Shown here: in pieces, positions 16,530 to 25,333 of the stretch
How positions within the stretch are numbered: the stretch's first letter is position 1
Layout: every line of letters starts with the position of its first letter
Virus record (IMG/VR): IMGVR_UViG_3300018019_000020
Coordinates: 1-35,983 of that record
Origin: a virus
Taxonomy: Duplodnaviria > Caudoviricetes
DNA length: 35,983 nt
Direction: 5' to 3' (one strand)
The notes under the pieces: model-generated
What the model saw: the letters and a program-made list of their open reading frames with translations, nothing else
Database searches by the model: none
Told to the model about the DNA's origin: nothing
Translations under genes and position numbers: made by a program

Positions 16530-17161
16530 TGGAAATTACTATAGGATTTTTACACCAAAAAGGAGCTTGCGAAACAAGCTATAAATGGGTTGTAGAAAAT
16601 AAGCTTATCGGGTTAGAACATGAAGAATTTATTGATAAGCTTATGAAGAATAACCGGTTTAGCGATGCAAATTGGTTAATAACAAAACTCTTCAACAAAA
16701 CACAGTGTGTTAAATATGCCATATTCGCCGCGGAGCAAGTGCTGGATATTTTTGAAAAAAAATATCCGGATGACAATAGGCCACGCAAAGCCATTGAAGC
16801 CGCTAAGGATTATTTGAAAACTCCGAATGATGTTACTTATGCGGCTGTTGTTACTTCTGCGGCTGATGCGGCTTCTGCGGCTCAAGATGCTGCGGCTTAT
16901 TATGCTAATGCGGCTTATGCGGCTTATTATGCTAATGCGGCTTATGCGGCTTATTATGCGGCTTATGCTGCTCATGTTGCTGATGCTGCTTATGCGGCTT
17001 ATGCGGCTTATTATGCTGCGGCTTATTATGCTAATGCGGCTTATGCGGCTTATGCTGCGGCTTATGCGTCTTATGCGGGTCATGCTGTGGCTGCTTCTGC
17101 GGCGGCGGCTGTGGAAACACCAATCATAAATTATGGATTGGAGCTGTTAAATGACAAATGA
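16529..17161 (+). CDS. Imm5-like domain protein with Ala/Tyr repeat tract
   Basis: FAAEQVLDIFEKKYPDDNRPRKAIEAAK followed by an (AAY/AAYY)n tract; GGAGG SD. Confidence 0.7.
   Translation: MEITIGFLHQKGACETSYKWVVENKLIGLEHEEFIDKLMKNNRFSDANWLITKLFNKTQCVKYAIFAAEQVLDIFEKKYPDDNRPRKAIEAAKDYLKTPNDVTYAAVVTSAADAASAAQDAAAYYANAAYAAYYANAAYAAYYAAYAAHVADAAYAAYAAYYAAAYYANAAYAAYAAAYASYAGHAVAASAAAAVETPIINYGLELLNDK
16836..17111 (+). repeat. Coding low-complexity repeat (GCGGCTTAT units)
   Basis: Many tandem GCGGCTTAT(TAT)(GCTAAT) units. Confidence 0.9.
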
Positions 17162-17360
17162 CAAATCAGAAAGGAAAATAATGAAAACTTATCTTATCAG
17201 TGCAGAATCTACGAATATGAAAGTGAAAGCGCATATTGAGGCAAATTCAATCACAGAAGCGATTGAAACTTTCCTCAAAGATTATTCAAAAGAAATTGAT
17301 TCTACCGAAGAGACACGAATACAGACAATTAGTTTTTTTGTAACTGTAACGAAAATATAA
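17151..17360 (+). CDS. Hypothetical protein
   Basis: 69 aa; alternative start at 17181 has a GAAAGG SD. Confidence 0.6.
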   Translation: MTNDKSERKIMKTYLISAESTNMKVKAHIEANSITEAIETFLKDYSKEIDSTEETRIQTISFFVTVTKI

Positions 17361-17472
17361 AAACGCCCAGCCCTTTGAGGCTGAGCGCGACTTAACTTAT
17401 ATCCAAGTAGGGATACTTTGAAAGGACGAGCAAATATATGGAAACTTTCATACCAAGTCAATAGATAAAAAC

Positions 17473-17502
17473 TTGACTTTCTCAAATAATAATTATTATA
17501 TT
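17473..17502 (+). promoter_or_regulatory. Putative promoter for the pentapeptide/recombination operon
   Basis: TTGACT, 18 bp, TATATT in an AT-rich intergenic gap. Confidence 0.5.
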
Positions 17503-17531
17503 TACAATACATTTTTGAAAGGACAATCAAA

Positions 17532-18047
17532 ATGAAAACAAAAATTCAGATCAATTCCACCTTTGGGAAACTTCTTTTTGAGTTTGAAAAGGAGAACAAT
17601 TCAATTAGATCGACATTAATTGAAGCTGCTAAAATCAATGCAGACCTTGGCGGTGCAGACCTTAGCGGTGCAAACCTTAGCGGTGCAAACCTTAGCGGTG
17701 CAGACCTTAGCGGTGCGGACCTTCGCAGTGCAAACCTTAGCGGTGCAAACCTTAGCGGTGCAGACCTTAGCGGTGCAAACCTTCGCAGTGCAGAACTTCG
17801 CAGTGCAAACCTTAGCGGTGCAAACCTTAGCGGTGCAAACCTTAGCGAACGCTATATCCAAATTGCCTGCATCGGGTCAGAAAATCGAATGACTACATAC
17901 CGATTTGTAGATGATACTATCTGGTGCGGATGCTTTAAGGGAACATTGGAGGAATTTGAGAACCGAGTTAAAGAAACTCATAAAAACAATCCGCAATATT
18001 TCAGAGAATATTTAGGTTTTATTGCTTATATAAGAGGTGTGAGATGA
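17532..18047 (+). CDS. Pentapeptide-repeat protein with DUF5758-like C-terminus
   Basis: About 14 A(D/N)L(S/R)(G/S) repeats encoded by 15-bp units at ~17640-17847, then CIGS...[21 protein letters not shown]. Confidence 0.9.
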   Translation: MKTKIQINSTFGKLLFEFEKENNSIRSTLIEAAKINADLGGADLSGANLSGANLSGADLSGADLRSANLSGANLSGADLSGANLRSAELRSANLSGANLSGANLSERYIQIACIGSENRMTTYRFVDDTIWCGCFKGTLEEFENRVKETHKNNPQYFREYLGFIAYIRGVR

Positions 18048-18406
18048 AATACAAACCAAAGGTTAATGATTACATAATCCAAAGAAAAGGCATTAGATTA
18101 AGCTATCTCTCAGAGGGTGCGCACAAAATTACCGAAATTATAGGTGATGACCGCTGTCGCCTTGATAATGATAAAAGCTATATGTCTTTCTTAGATGACT
18201 TCCGCCCCGCCACTTTTGAAGAAATAGAAGCCGCAACAAAGAAATTTCCGTATTATTACAAAATAGGCAAATATAATAGCTATTCAGCACATGATGGTAA
18301 TATCAGGACAAATGAATTATTAATAATCGATCATGACGACATGAAAAGTTTTTTTCTTAATTTGAAAATTTGGAAAGAAATCGGCAAAAGAAAGGGATGG
18401 TTATGA
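18044..18406 (+). CDS. Hypothetical protein
   Basis: 120 aa with ATGA overlaps on both sides; contains FRPATFEEI. Confidence 0.65.
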   Translation: MKYKPKVNDYIIQRKGIRLSYLSEGAHKITEIIGDDRCRLDNDKSYMSFLDDFRPATFEEIEAATKKFPYYYKIGKYNSYSAHDGNIRTNELLIIDHDDMKSFFLNLKIWKEIGKRKGWL

Positions 18407-19368
18407 AGAAATTTATCAAAACAGTTGGACTGACAGAGTCACAGATTCAAGAAATCCGATTAGGATATCTTGGAGCGAGCGAAATAGGAGTAATTTTAGG
18501 GTTGAATCCCTTCCGGACGCCTCACAATATTTGGAGAGAGAAGCGCAGAGACCCAAATTATCAACGCTTTCAAGGCAATGAATTCACTAAATGGGGTACT
18601 CGTTTAGAGGATTCCATAGGCAAGGGCTTCGCTACAGATTATTTTTGCACAATAAAAAAAGATAACAAAATTAGAGTTCATGAAAATGGTTTCCTTTCCT
18701 GCTCATTGGACCGGCTAATTACTAAACAAAAAGGGATAGACCGCCCGGGATTAGGTATTTTGGAAATTAAAAACATCTCTCAGTTTGCGTATGACAAGTT
18801 CCGAAAGACTGAAACAGAGATTCCCTTACATTATTATGCCCAGCATCAACAACAATTTTTAATTACAGGATATAAATGGGGATATTTCGTAATGTTGGTT
18901 GGCGGGAACAAGTTAGAAGTAAAAGAAATGATACCGGACATTACCTTCATGAAAGCTCTTCAGAACTACGCAGAAGAGTATTGGAATACTCATATTATCC
19001 AAGGTCAAGAACCGCCCTTAACAGCTCCGGATATTCAAAACCCTCAAGAAACTCAATTAAAAGAGGGTGAATATATCAATTTTGATGATATGGAAACCTT
19101 TCAGTTATACCAAAATTATCAAGATATTAATTCGGAAATAAAAGAACGTGAAAAAGTTAGGGACTCATACAAAGAAAAACTTATCGAAAAAATCGGCACA
19201 TTCAAGCAATTAACTTTCCAGAAGCATCCCCTTATGGAGTGGGGTGAATACCGTATTTTTGATTCAAAGAGTTTTCAAAAAGATAATCCAGAACTTTACG
19301 AGCAATACAAATTAAACATTATAAGAAAGTTGACGTTCAAGAAATATATCTATGAGGCTGAAAAATGA
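18403..19368 (+). CDS. YqaJ-like viral recombinase exonuclease
   Basis: R.GYLGASEIG.ILGLNPF.TP..IWREK, WG..LE, SLDR, LEIK, YYAQ.QQQ; start placed at the ATGA overlap at 18403. Confidence 0.92.
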   Translation: MKKFIKTVGLTESQIQEIRLGYLGASEIGVILGLNPFRTPHNIWREKRRDPNYQRFQGNEFTKWGTRLEDSIGKGFATDYFCTIKKDNKIRVHENGFLSCSLDRLITKQKGIDRPGLGILEIKNISQFAYDKFRKTETEIPLHYYAQHQQQFLITGYKWGYFVMLVGGNKLEVKEMIPDITFMKALQNYAEEYWNTHIIQGQEPPLTAPDIQNPQETQLKEGEYINFDDMETFQLYQNYQDINSEIKEREKVRDSYKEKLIEKIGTFKQLTFQKHPLMEWGEYRIFDSKSFQKDNPELYEQYKLNIIRKLTFKKYIYEAEK

Positions 19369-19730
19369 AACAAATTCCACTTGATTCGTTCCAGACCGAG
19401 AAAGAAGCCGCAAAAGCATATAATGAAGCACATAATAAAGCTATTTTAAAGAATTTGCATTTATTAACAACATTAAAACCAATGAACTACTTATATTTAT
19501 TAACCCGCCCAGACTTTTGCAAATATGACGAATATGACAGCGCAATAGTGTGTGCAGCCAACGAAGAAGACGCAAGAGAAATACATCCATCAGGTGATAA
19601 CAATGATTACAATTTAGTCTCTTGGAGTGGTTTCACAACCAAAGAAAAAGTAATTATCAAAAGAATTGGCATAGCAGACGACGATATAGAACCAAACAGC
19701 GTTATATGTGCCTCATTTAACGCAGGATAA
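19365..19730 (+). CDS. Phage hypothetical protein with AP2-like N-terminal fragment
   Basis: LDSFQTEKEAAKAYNEA, then YDEYDSAIVCAANEEDAREIHP...VICASFNAG; internal ATG at 19482. Confidence 0.65.
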   Translation: MKQIPLDSFQTEKEAAKAYNEAHNKAILKNLHLLTTLKPMNYLYLLTRPDFCKYDEYDSAIVCAANEEDAREIHPSGDNNDYNLVSWSGFTTKEKVIIKRIGIADDDIEPNSVICASFNAG

Positions 19731-19751
19731 CCAAAAAATAAAGGAAAAACC

Positions 19752-20243
19752 ATGAGCGAAAAAATAAAAGAAGAGGAAGAATTAATTTGGTTGCCAAAAT
19801 CTCTTTGCGAAAGGCTTAAACCAATCCAGGCAGAGGAGGTGCTGAGAGAAGCAGTACTTAAATATGCAAACCAAACCAAAGAATATCTGAAAGACGATTT
19901 GGATATTTTTAAAGAGGCAGTATTAGACTATAGAATATCTTTAGAAAAGGTCAAAAATGACTTTAAGGAAGCAAAAGACAGCCAACTCAACGCACTTAAT
20001 GAAATGTGGGAAGGATTTGAAAAAGATATTACTAAAATTCGAGATAATAATAAAAAAGTAATCGGTGAATTACAGCCGCTTAGAACCGAATTAGAGGAGA
20101 TTAAAAGCTTAATGTCATCCCTTTCTAAATGGAGTTTGGAAGACTTGCTTAAAGTTATCGAAAAGATTAATTCCTATAATCAAAACACAAAGGATATAAT
20201 TCAATTTCTATTTGAAAATTATAGAATAAAGGAAAAACCATGA
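19752..20243 (+). CDS. Coiled-coil hypothetical protein
   Basis: 163 aa, Lys/Glu-rich heptads, AAGGA SD. Confidence 0.65.
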   Translation: MSEKIKEEEELIWLPKSLCERLKPIQAEEVLREAVLKYANQTKEYLKDDLDIFKEAVLDYRISLEKVKNDFKEAKDSQLNALNEMWEGFEKDITKIRDNNKKVIGELQPLRTELEEIKSLMSSLSKWSLEDLLKVIEKINSYNQNTKDIIQFLFENYRIKEKP

Positions 20244-21277
20244 CAAACATTCAAGAACAGGCTAAGAATAGTCTGGCAAAACAAAATACCAGGACAACTT
20301 TGCAGGTAGTGAAAGGACTTACCAACACTGTCGAAGTTAAACAACGCTTCCAAGAAATCTTAGGGCAAAAGTCTGCAAGCTTCTTAGCTTCTTTGACTTC
20401 AATAGTTTCATCTAATACTAACTTTGAGGGAATAGACCCTAATTCTATTGTTTCAGCAGCTTTAATAGCGGCTACTTTAGATTTACCAATAAATCCAAAT
20501 TTTGGTTTTGCTCATATAATCCCTTACAGGGGTAAAACTATGAAAGCTCAATTTCAGATGGGGTATAAAGCTTTCATTCAATTGGCAATCCGTACCGGTA
20601 TGTACAAGACTATTAACGCCACTCATGTTTTTGAAGGTGAATTGATTGCTTCTGATCGTTTCAGAGGGACACACACTTTTGACCAAAATCAAAAGAAAAG
20701 CGATAAAATAGTCGGTTATTATTCATTCTTTGAACTCTCGACCGGTTTTCAAAAAGATTTATACATGACCACAGAGGAGCTTCAGTGTCATGGGAAAAAA
20801 TACTCTAAGAATTTTGCTGATATTAACGGTCAATGGAAGAGTAATTTCAACGGTATGAGTTTAAAGACCGTGTTGAAATCTCTTCTGTCAAAATATGGAA
20901 TCTTATCCACTGAACTTAAGATGGCTTTACAATCAGATCAGGCAATCGTTCACGAGGATCCGGATATAAAAGATTTTAAGTTTGAATATGTCGATAATCC
21001 GGAAACTGATGATGTGGAAATCCTCGAAGTTAAAAAAGAACCAAAAATTAAACTTGATACCGCACCTGAAGACAGGAGACTTGATAAATACGGTTATGAA
21101 GCCCTTGATTTGAATAAATTAACTAATCCTAATTGGTATCTCAAGGCTATAGCAGTAGAAGAAGGTCAACAGTTAGATGATTTTATGGATGAATATAAAA
21201 CTGAAATCTCTATGTTTGACGACAAAGACCAGTCCTTAATTGAAGCTGCTTATGTAAAGAGAAAAGCTAAGAAATAA
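20240..21277 (+). CDS. recT: RecT family single-strand annealing protein
   Basis: AATLDLPINPNFGFAHIIPY...AQFQMGYKAFIQLAIRTGMYKTIN...W..NF.GM.LKTVLK.LLSKYGILS. Confidence 0.95.
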   Translation: MTNIQEQAKNSLAKQNTRTTLQVVKGLTNTVEVKQRFQEILGQKSASFLASLTSIVSSNTNFEGIDPNSIVSAALIAATLDLPINPNFGFAHIIPYRGKTMKAQFQMGYKAFIQLAIRTGMYKTINATHVFEGELIASDRFRGTHTFDQNQKKSDKIVGYYSFFELSTGFQKDLYMTTEELQCHGKKYSKNFADINGQWKSNFNGMSLKTVLKSLLSKYGILSTELKMALQSDQAIVHEDPDIKDFKFEYVDNPETDDVEILEVKKEPKIKLDTAPEDRRLDKYGYEALDLNKLTNPNWYLKAIAVEEGQQLDDFMDEYKTEISMFDDKDQSLIEAAYVKRKAKK

Positions 21278-21350
21278 TTCTTATCGAATTCTTATCGATT
21301 CTTAAGAATATTCCTATTGTATTTAAACAATCTTTTGCTTTTATTTGTAA

Positions 21351-21468
21351 TAGCAAATTTAATAAAGCAAATTTAATGATGAATTTAAAAGTCCTGCATT
21401 TGAGATACCTTTCAACGCTACCCCAGCGGAGCTTTGTTATGTTTGCTACTCATTTGCAGGACTATTTT
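21351..21468 (+). promoter_or_regulatory. Structured 5' leader with two interleaved helices (putative attenuator)
   Basis: 21351-21368 pairs with 21431-21448, and 21390-21404 pairs with 21449-21463, followed by ATTTT. Confidence 0.55.
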
Positions 21469-21478
21469 ATTGAGAAAT

Positions 21479-22000
21479 ATGAGAGAAACAGATCTAATTA
21501 AAATGAAATTACTCCACTGGCTAACTGATAGGCAATCAAGTTATGTCATCACTAATTATTTTCTTGGTAATTGGGAGTGCGATATAATGACTTTATCAAA
21601 GGATAATTTCACAACGGAATATGAAATTAAAACTTCACGTGCTGACTATAAAAAGGATTTTGAAAAATGTTGCAAGTCTTTTGGTGTTGTTAATCAAAAA
21701 TGGAGCGTTATTAAAACTGATAACAAGCACGAGATAATTTCAAACGGACATCGGACTAATAAATTTTTCTTTGTTACACCAACCGGACTATTGAAAAAAG
21801 AAGAAATTCCTCTCCATGCAGGTTTAATTGAAATCGGGAAAACATATTATGATATAGAGATTATCAAAAATCCTAAATGGTTACATCATAATAAAGTTAG
21901 CGATAAAATCTTTAAAGATTTAATAGACAAATTTTATAACCGCTACATGTTCGATTATTACAGACCAAAATTATTTACTGGATTAAAACATGCTAATTGA
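21479..22000 (+). CDS. MmcB-like PD-(D/E)xK nuclease
   Basis: ECDIM...EYEIKTSRADYKKD...FFFVTPTGLL..EEIP.HAGLI; ATG 21479 preferred over TTG 21434. Confidence 0.75.
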   Translation: MRETDLIKMKLLHWLTDRQSSYVITNYFLGNWECDIMTLSKDNFTTEYEIKTSRADYKKDFEKCCKSFGVVNQKWSVIKTDNKHEIISNGHRTNKFFFVTPTGLLKKEEIPLHAGLIEIGKTYYDIEIIKNPKWLHHNKVSDKIFKDLIDKFYNRYMFDYYRPKLFTGLKHAN

Positions 22001-22754
22001 TGGAGGTTATATTAAACTCTTCAGGCAAATTGTAAATTGGGAATGGTATAATGATTCTCAAACATTACATCTATTTTTACATCTTATCCTTAAAGCAAAC
22101 CATCAAGAAAACTCTTGGCAAGGTCAGACAATTCAGAGAGGTCAGCTAATAACCGGAAGGCTCAAATTAAGCAAAGAAACAGGTATTTCACAACGTTCCA
22201 TCAGAACATGCCTCAGAAGGCTAAAAGCGACCAACGAAATAACCACCAAAACGACCAGCAGATTTTCTCTCATAACCATTGTAAATTATGAGTATTATCA
22301 AAGTGACACAAATAAAGCGACCAACAAAACGACCAACAAACAGTCCAACGAGCGACCAACAATCGACCAGCAATCGACCACAAACAAGAATGATAAGAAT
22401 GATAAGAATGATAAAGATAATATATGCACACGTGTTTTTATAAAACCCTCTCCTCAAGAAGTAAATGAATACACAAAGTCAATCGGGTTTATTTTAGATG
22501 CTGAATATTTTATTGACTATTATGAAACCAGAGGATGGATTGTCGGTAAAAATAAAATGAAGGATTGGAAAGCTGCAATAAGAAACTGGAAGAAAAACAA
22601 TTTTAATCACGGAGGTAATAATGCAACAAATCAACAAAGCAAGCCAAGAGGCTCTATCGACTATAAAAAATATGCAGAAGAAAGAGCAGCAAGTCACGGC
22701 GAAGAAACCGAAGCTCGAATGGTTGTTGCAGGAATACCAAAACAATTATTATGA
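21990..22754 (+). CDS. Phage replication initiator (lambda O / replisome-organizer-like)
   Basis: GYIKLFRQI..WEWY...LILKANH...RGQLITGR..LS.ETG N-domain, Thr/Asn linker, FIDYYE.RGW.VGKNKMKDWKAAIRNW C-domain. Confidence 0.88.
   Translation: MLIDGGYIKLFRQIVNWEWYNDSQTLHLFLHLILKANHQENSWQGQTIQRGQLITGRLKLSKETGISQRSIRTCLRRLKATNEITTKTTSRFSLITIVNYEYYQSDTNKATNKTTNKQSNERPTIDQQSTTNKNDKNDKNDKDNICTRVFIKPSPQEVNEYTKSIGFILDAEYFIDYYETRGWIVGKNKMKDWKAAIRNWKKNNFNHGGNNATNQQSKPRGSIDYKKYAEERAASHGEETEARMVVAGIPKQLL
22224..22420 (+). repeat. Putative replication origin iterons inside the initiator gene
   Basis: Seven CGACCA copies (22228, 22252, 22318, 22330, 22353, 22364, 22375), then AAGAATGAT x3 (22386-22412); lambda-type layout. 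Confidence 0.7.
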
Positions 22755-23214
22755 AACTGATTTAATTTATGATCCCTACTGTACTTCATTGTTTGCCCGG
22801 CTTGAAGCAGCAAAACGTGAAGAGTTTCCAAAGGAGACTCTAAGAATATGGTTTATGGAATTTATTCGCAGAGGCTGGACACGCAAAACGGTTAAAGAAC
22901 GATATGAGGCTCTAATCTCAACCAAGATATTTGGAATACAAAAACTTGAAATAGCAGACTGGATTAACGCTTTACCTGTGTTTACTCAAGATGAAGTTAA
23001 TCAAATGGTACAAAGAAGAGTAGATTATTTAATTCAGCGAGGTAATTTTCTTAAAGACAAAGATTATATTTTAACCGAAGATGATAAAAAAGCGATTGAA
23101 TTAGCCGTTGCTAATGAGTGTGAGATAAAATATAAGTCGGGTTTTTACGAAGCTCGAGAGAATTACGCACAAGAAAGACGAAGATTATTTGAGGAAAAGT
23201 TTAAGAAAGGATAA
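22621..23214 (+). CDS. Putative helicase loader (lambda P position)
   Basis: 197 aa with GGAGG SD, overlapping the initiator 3' end; function inferred from position only. Confidence 0.5.
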   Translation: MQQINKASQEALSTIKNMQKKEQQVTAKKPKLEWLLQEYQNNYYETDLIYDPYCTSLFARLEAAKREEFPKETLRIWFMEFIRRGWTRKTVKERYEALISTKIFGIQKLEIADWINALPVFTQDEVNQMVQRRVDYLIQRGNFLKDKDYILTEDDKKAIELAVANECEIKYKSGFYEARENYAQERRRLFEEKFKKG

Positions 23215-23218
23215 ATAT

Positions 23219-23332
23219 ATGTGGTATATGTGGGCAGCTTTCGGTATTGCAGTTGTAATTTTAGTAATTGCAATGGCAGCTATTGTCCGAGCAGGACATG
23301 ATGAAGACAGTTGGTACGATGGTTTGCAATGA
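23219..23332 (+). CDS. Small membrane peptide (37 aa)
   Basis: AAGGA SD; MWYMWAAFGIAVVILVIAMAAIVRAGHDEDSWYDGLQ; ATGA overlap with the next gene. Confidence 0.65.
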   Translation: MWYMWAAFGIAVVILVIAMAAIVRAGHDEDSWYDGLQ

Positions 23333-23541
23333 GCAAAATGACTTGGAGCGAAATTTTTCAATCGGAGGACTGGATAAGGTTAAGGAATCCAAATTATTCA
23401 GAAACGAATCCGCTTTCAAGATCTGAATTTGTTAAAGAATATGGTCACAAAAATTTTACTGAAGAAAAATATAGAGAATATTTAAAAAACATAAACAAAA
23501 AGGTTACACAGAATGACACAACAAGCACGTTTAATTTTTGA
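23329..23541 (+). CDS. Hypothetical protein
   Basis: MSKMTWSEIFQSEDW...; start placed at the ATGA overlap. Confidence 0.55.
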   Translation: MSKMTWSEIFQSEDWIRLRNPNYSETNPLSRSEFVKEYGHKNFTEEKYREYLKNINKKVTQNDTTSTFNF

Positions 23542-23746
23542 TAAAGCCTTTAATCTTAAAAAAGCAGCTAATGAATTAGATTCAGAGGAAAAGTTTAAGG
23601 AAGCCGATGAATTATTGGAAACTCTCTGCCCCGAATGTTCTGGCTTCGGCGAGATTCCCAAAGCTTTTATGCCCAGCAACCCCAATTTAATTGACGAACC
23701 GTATAAGGTTTGCTCTTGCTGTCACGGAAGTGGGTTGGCGGAATGA
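23513..23746 (+). CDS. DnaJ-type zinc-finger protein
   Basis: CPECSGFG...CSCCHGSG. Confidence 0.7.
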   Translation: MTQQARLIFDKAFNLKKAANELDSEEKFKEADELLETLCPECSGFGEIPKAFMPSNPNLIDEPYKVCSCCHGSGLAE

Positions 23747-23952
23747 AAGAAATTAAGATTAACAGCCACCAAGAGAATACGATTAGCATCACCTGTCTCT
23801 CAAAAAGCAGGTCAGAGCCTCTAAATGACGTAAAAATGCAGAAAGATGCTAAGAATTTGTTCAATTTTCTCTTTATTAACTTACCTTCGGGAGTTTTCAA
23901 AGAACTGTCGAGGCTAATTTCAAAGTATGAGCAAGATGGGAGAGTGTTGTAG
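23743..23952 (+). CDS. Hypothetical protein
   Basis: MKEIKINSHQ...; ATGA overlap with the previous gene. Confidence 0.55.
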   Translation: MKEIKINSHQENTISITCLSKSRSEPLNDVKMQKDAKNLFNFLFINLPSGVFKELSRLISKYEQDGRVL

Positions 23953-24024
23953 ATTGTCAAATTTCATGTGTAGGATGCTCAACAATCCATTGACAACGGA
24001 TAAGTATATCAATTTATCACCACT

Positions 24025-24177
24025 ATGAAAAAATTGAATAGCGGGGCATTTGCGGGCAAAATAAAGCAAATCCCTAAATTTGATAAAACATGTGAAGGCT
24101 GTCAAAATAATTGTAAACAGCCGATTTCGGCAAAAGTAATATTTTGTCCGGATTTTAAGAAAATAATAAAACATTAA
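24025..24177 (+). CDS. Small Cys-rich protein (50 aa)
   Basis: Hand-translated MKKLNSG...CEGCQNNCKQ...IFCPDF. Confidence 0.55.
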   Translation: MKKLNSGAFAGKIKQIPKFDKTCEGCQNNCKQPISAKVIFCPDFKKIIKH

Positions 24178-24185
24178 ACTACGGA

Positions 24186-24386
24186 ATGGAAATGTTGCAA
24201 GAATATATTTTTAGTTGGGCCAATAATGAAAAGCGTAAAACTATGAAAAATAGGATATGTATCGTACTTGTTAGAGGCGTTATGAATTCTGCACTTATAA
24301 AATTTCTTGATAACGGACAAGTTGAATGCGTGAGTCGAAACTCATTAAGAAAAAACAAAAAAGCAGTAGGAGAATTATTTTTATGA
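24186..24386 (+). CDS. Hypothetical protein
   Basis: 66 aa; W.NNEKR..MK.R.C.VL.RG.MNS.LI.F..G....SRN.LR. Confidence 0.6.
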   Translation: MEMLQEYIFSWANNEKRKTMKNRICIVLVRGVMNSALIKFLDNGQVECVSRNSLRKNKKAVGELFL

Positions 24387-24625
24387 AAGAAAAAGTAGAA
24401 TATAAATTTATAACATTTGAGGAAATAGAATCATCTGGCAGAACTAAGAAATTTATTTGTAAAAATATAAAGAGCGAAGATATTTTAGGCTTTATACGTT
24501 GGTATTCATTTTGGCGACAATATATTTTTTATCCTGAACCATGTCTATTCAGTAAAGGCTGTCTTGATGATATTTCTCATTTTTTAAATTCAATTAAAGA
24601 AACGAGATATGACCAGGTCAGTTAA
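24383..24625 (+). CDS. Hypothetical protein
   Basis: MKEKVEYKFITF...LGFIRWYSFWRQY.F.P; AGGAG SD and ATGA overlap. Confidence 0.65.
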   Translation: MKEKVEYKFITFEEIESSGRTKKFICKNIKSEDILGFIRWYSFWRQYIFYPEPCLFSKGCLDDISHFLNSIKETRYDQVS

Positions 24626-25028
24626 ATCGACAAAGAATCTTGATGAAATTTTAGACAGATGGTTTTCACGTTTCATCCGTTTGCGTAATTGTGATAAATA
24701 TGGATATATAATTTGTATCACTTGCGGTAGACGAAAACACTGGATGGAGGCTCATTCAGGGCACTATGTAAAAAGAGGTCATTCCGCTACTAAGTTTAAT
24801 GAACAAAATTGTGCGGAACAATGTGAATATTGTAATACTCAAAGAAACGGCGAAGAACAGGCTCACCGGCTTTATATCGACAAAACCTATGGAGAAGGTA
24901 CGGCAGACTTTCTAAAACACAAAGGAAAGTTTCCATTCCAAATGACCGATGAAGAATATTTAGAAAAGATTGAATATTATAAAATTAAAGTCAAAAAATT
25001 AGCTAAACAGAAAGGAATAAAATTATGA
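24609..25028 (+). CDS. ninG: NinG/Rap-like recombination endonuclease
   Basis: LD.WFSRFIRLR...CITCG...HSGHY..R.H.ATKFNE.NC..QC..CN. Confidence 0.88.
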   Translation: MTRSVKSTKNLDEILDRWFSRFIRLRNCDKYGYIICITCGRRKHWMEAHSGHYVKRGHSATKFNEQNCAEQCEYCNTQRNGEEQAHRLYIDKTYGEGTADFLKHKGKFPFQMTDEEYLEKIEYYKIKVKKLAKQKGIKL

Positions 25029-25243
25029 GCGGTACGCTGGGTGAATTGTTTACAAAAGAGCAAAAAGAATATGTGGATGGTATAAAAGATGAAGATTTAA
25101 GGTTTCATCTATTGCACCAAATTAGATTGCGAGATAATCTAAGAAAAGATAGGGATGCTTTTGAAAAGGAAAATAATCGGCTTTTAGGGATGATTAGAAA
25201 TCAGAGAGAAGATATAGCCGATGACATAAATTTCAATATATAG
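25025..25243 (+). CDS. Hypothetical protein
   Basis: 72 aa with AAGGA SD. Confidence 0.55.
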   Translation: MSGTLGELFTKEQKEYVDGIKDEDLRFHLLHQIRLRDNLRKDRDAFEKENNRLLGMIRNQREDIADDINFNI

Positions 25244-25333
25244 TTGTTTTTTTGTAATGTTTATAATATGGAGAACTACTTACAGACGTCACCAAGATGA
25301 TCAAGGATATCACGAAGACTTTGACGAGGAAGA

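Noticed and set aside
16676-17129. Alternative-frame ORFs (Met/Leu/Arg-rich plus strand, Ser/Arg/Ile-rich minus strand)
   Set aside because: Shadows of the stop-free GCGGCTTAT repeat; the Imm5-like frame has the SD and domain signal.
17364-17464. Hairpin plus 8-codon mini-ORF (METFIPSQ) as an ncRNA or tRNA
   Set aside because: No cloverleaf or T-loop motif; too little evidence beyond a possible terminator or gene remnant.
17616-17892. AKVCT and LAVQT repeat ORFs, and the 15-bp array as a possible CRISPR
   Set aside because: Shadows of the pentapeptide-repeat gene; the units are contiguous with no unique spacers.
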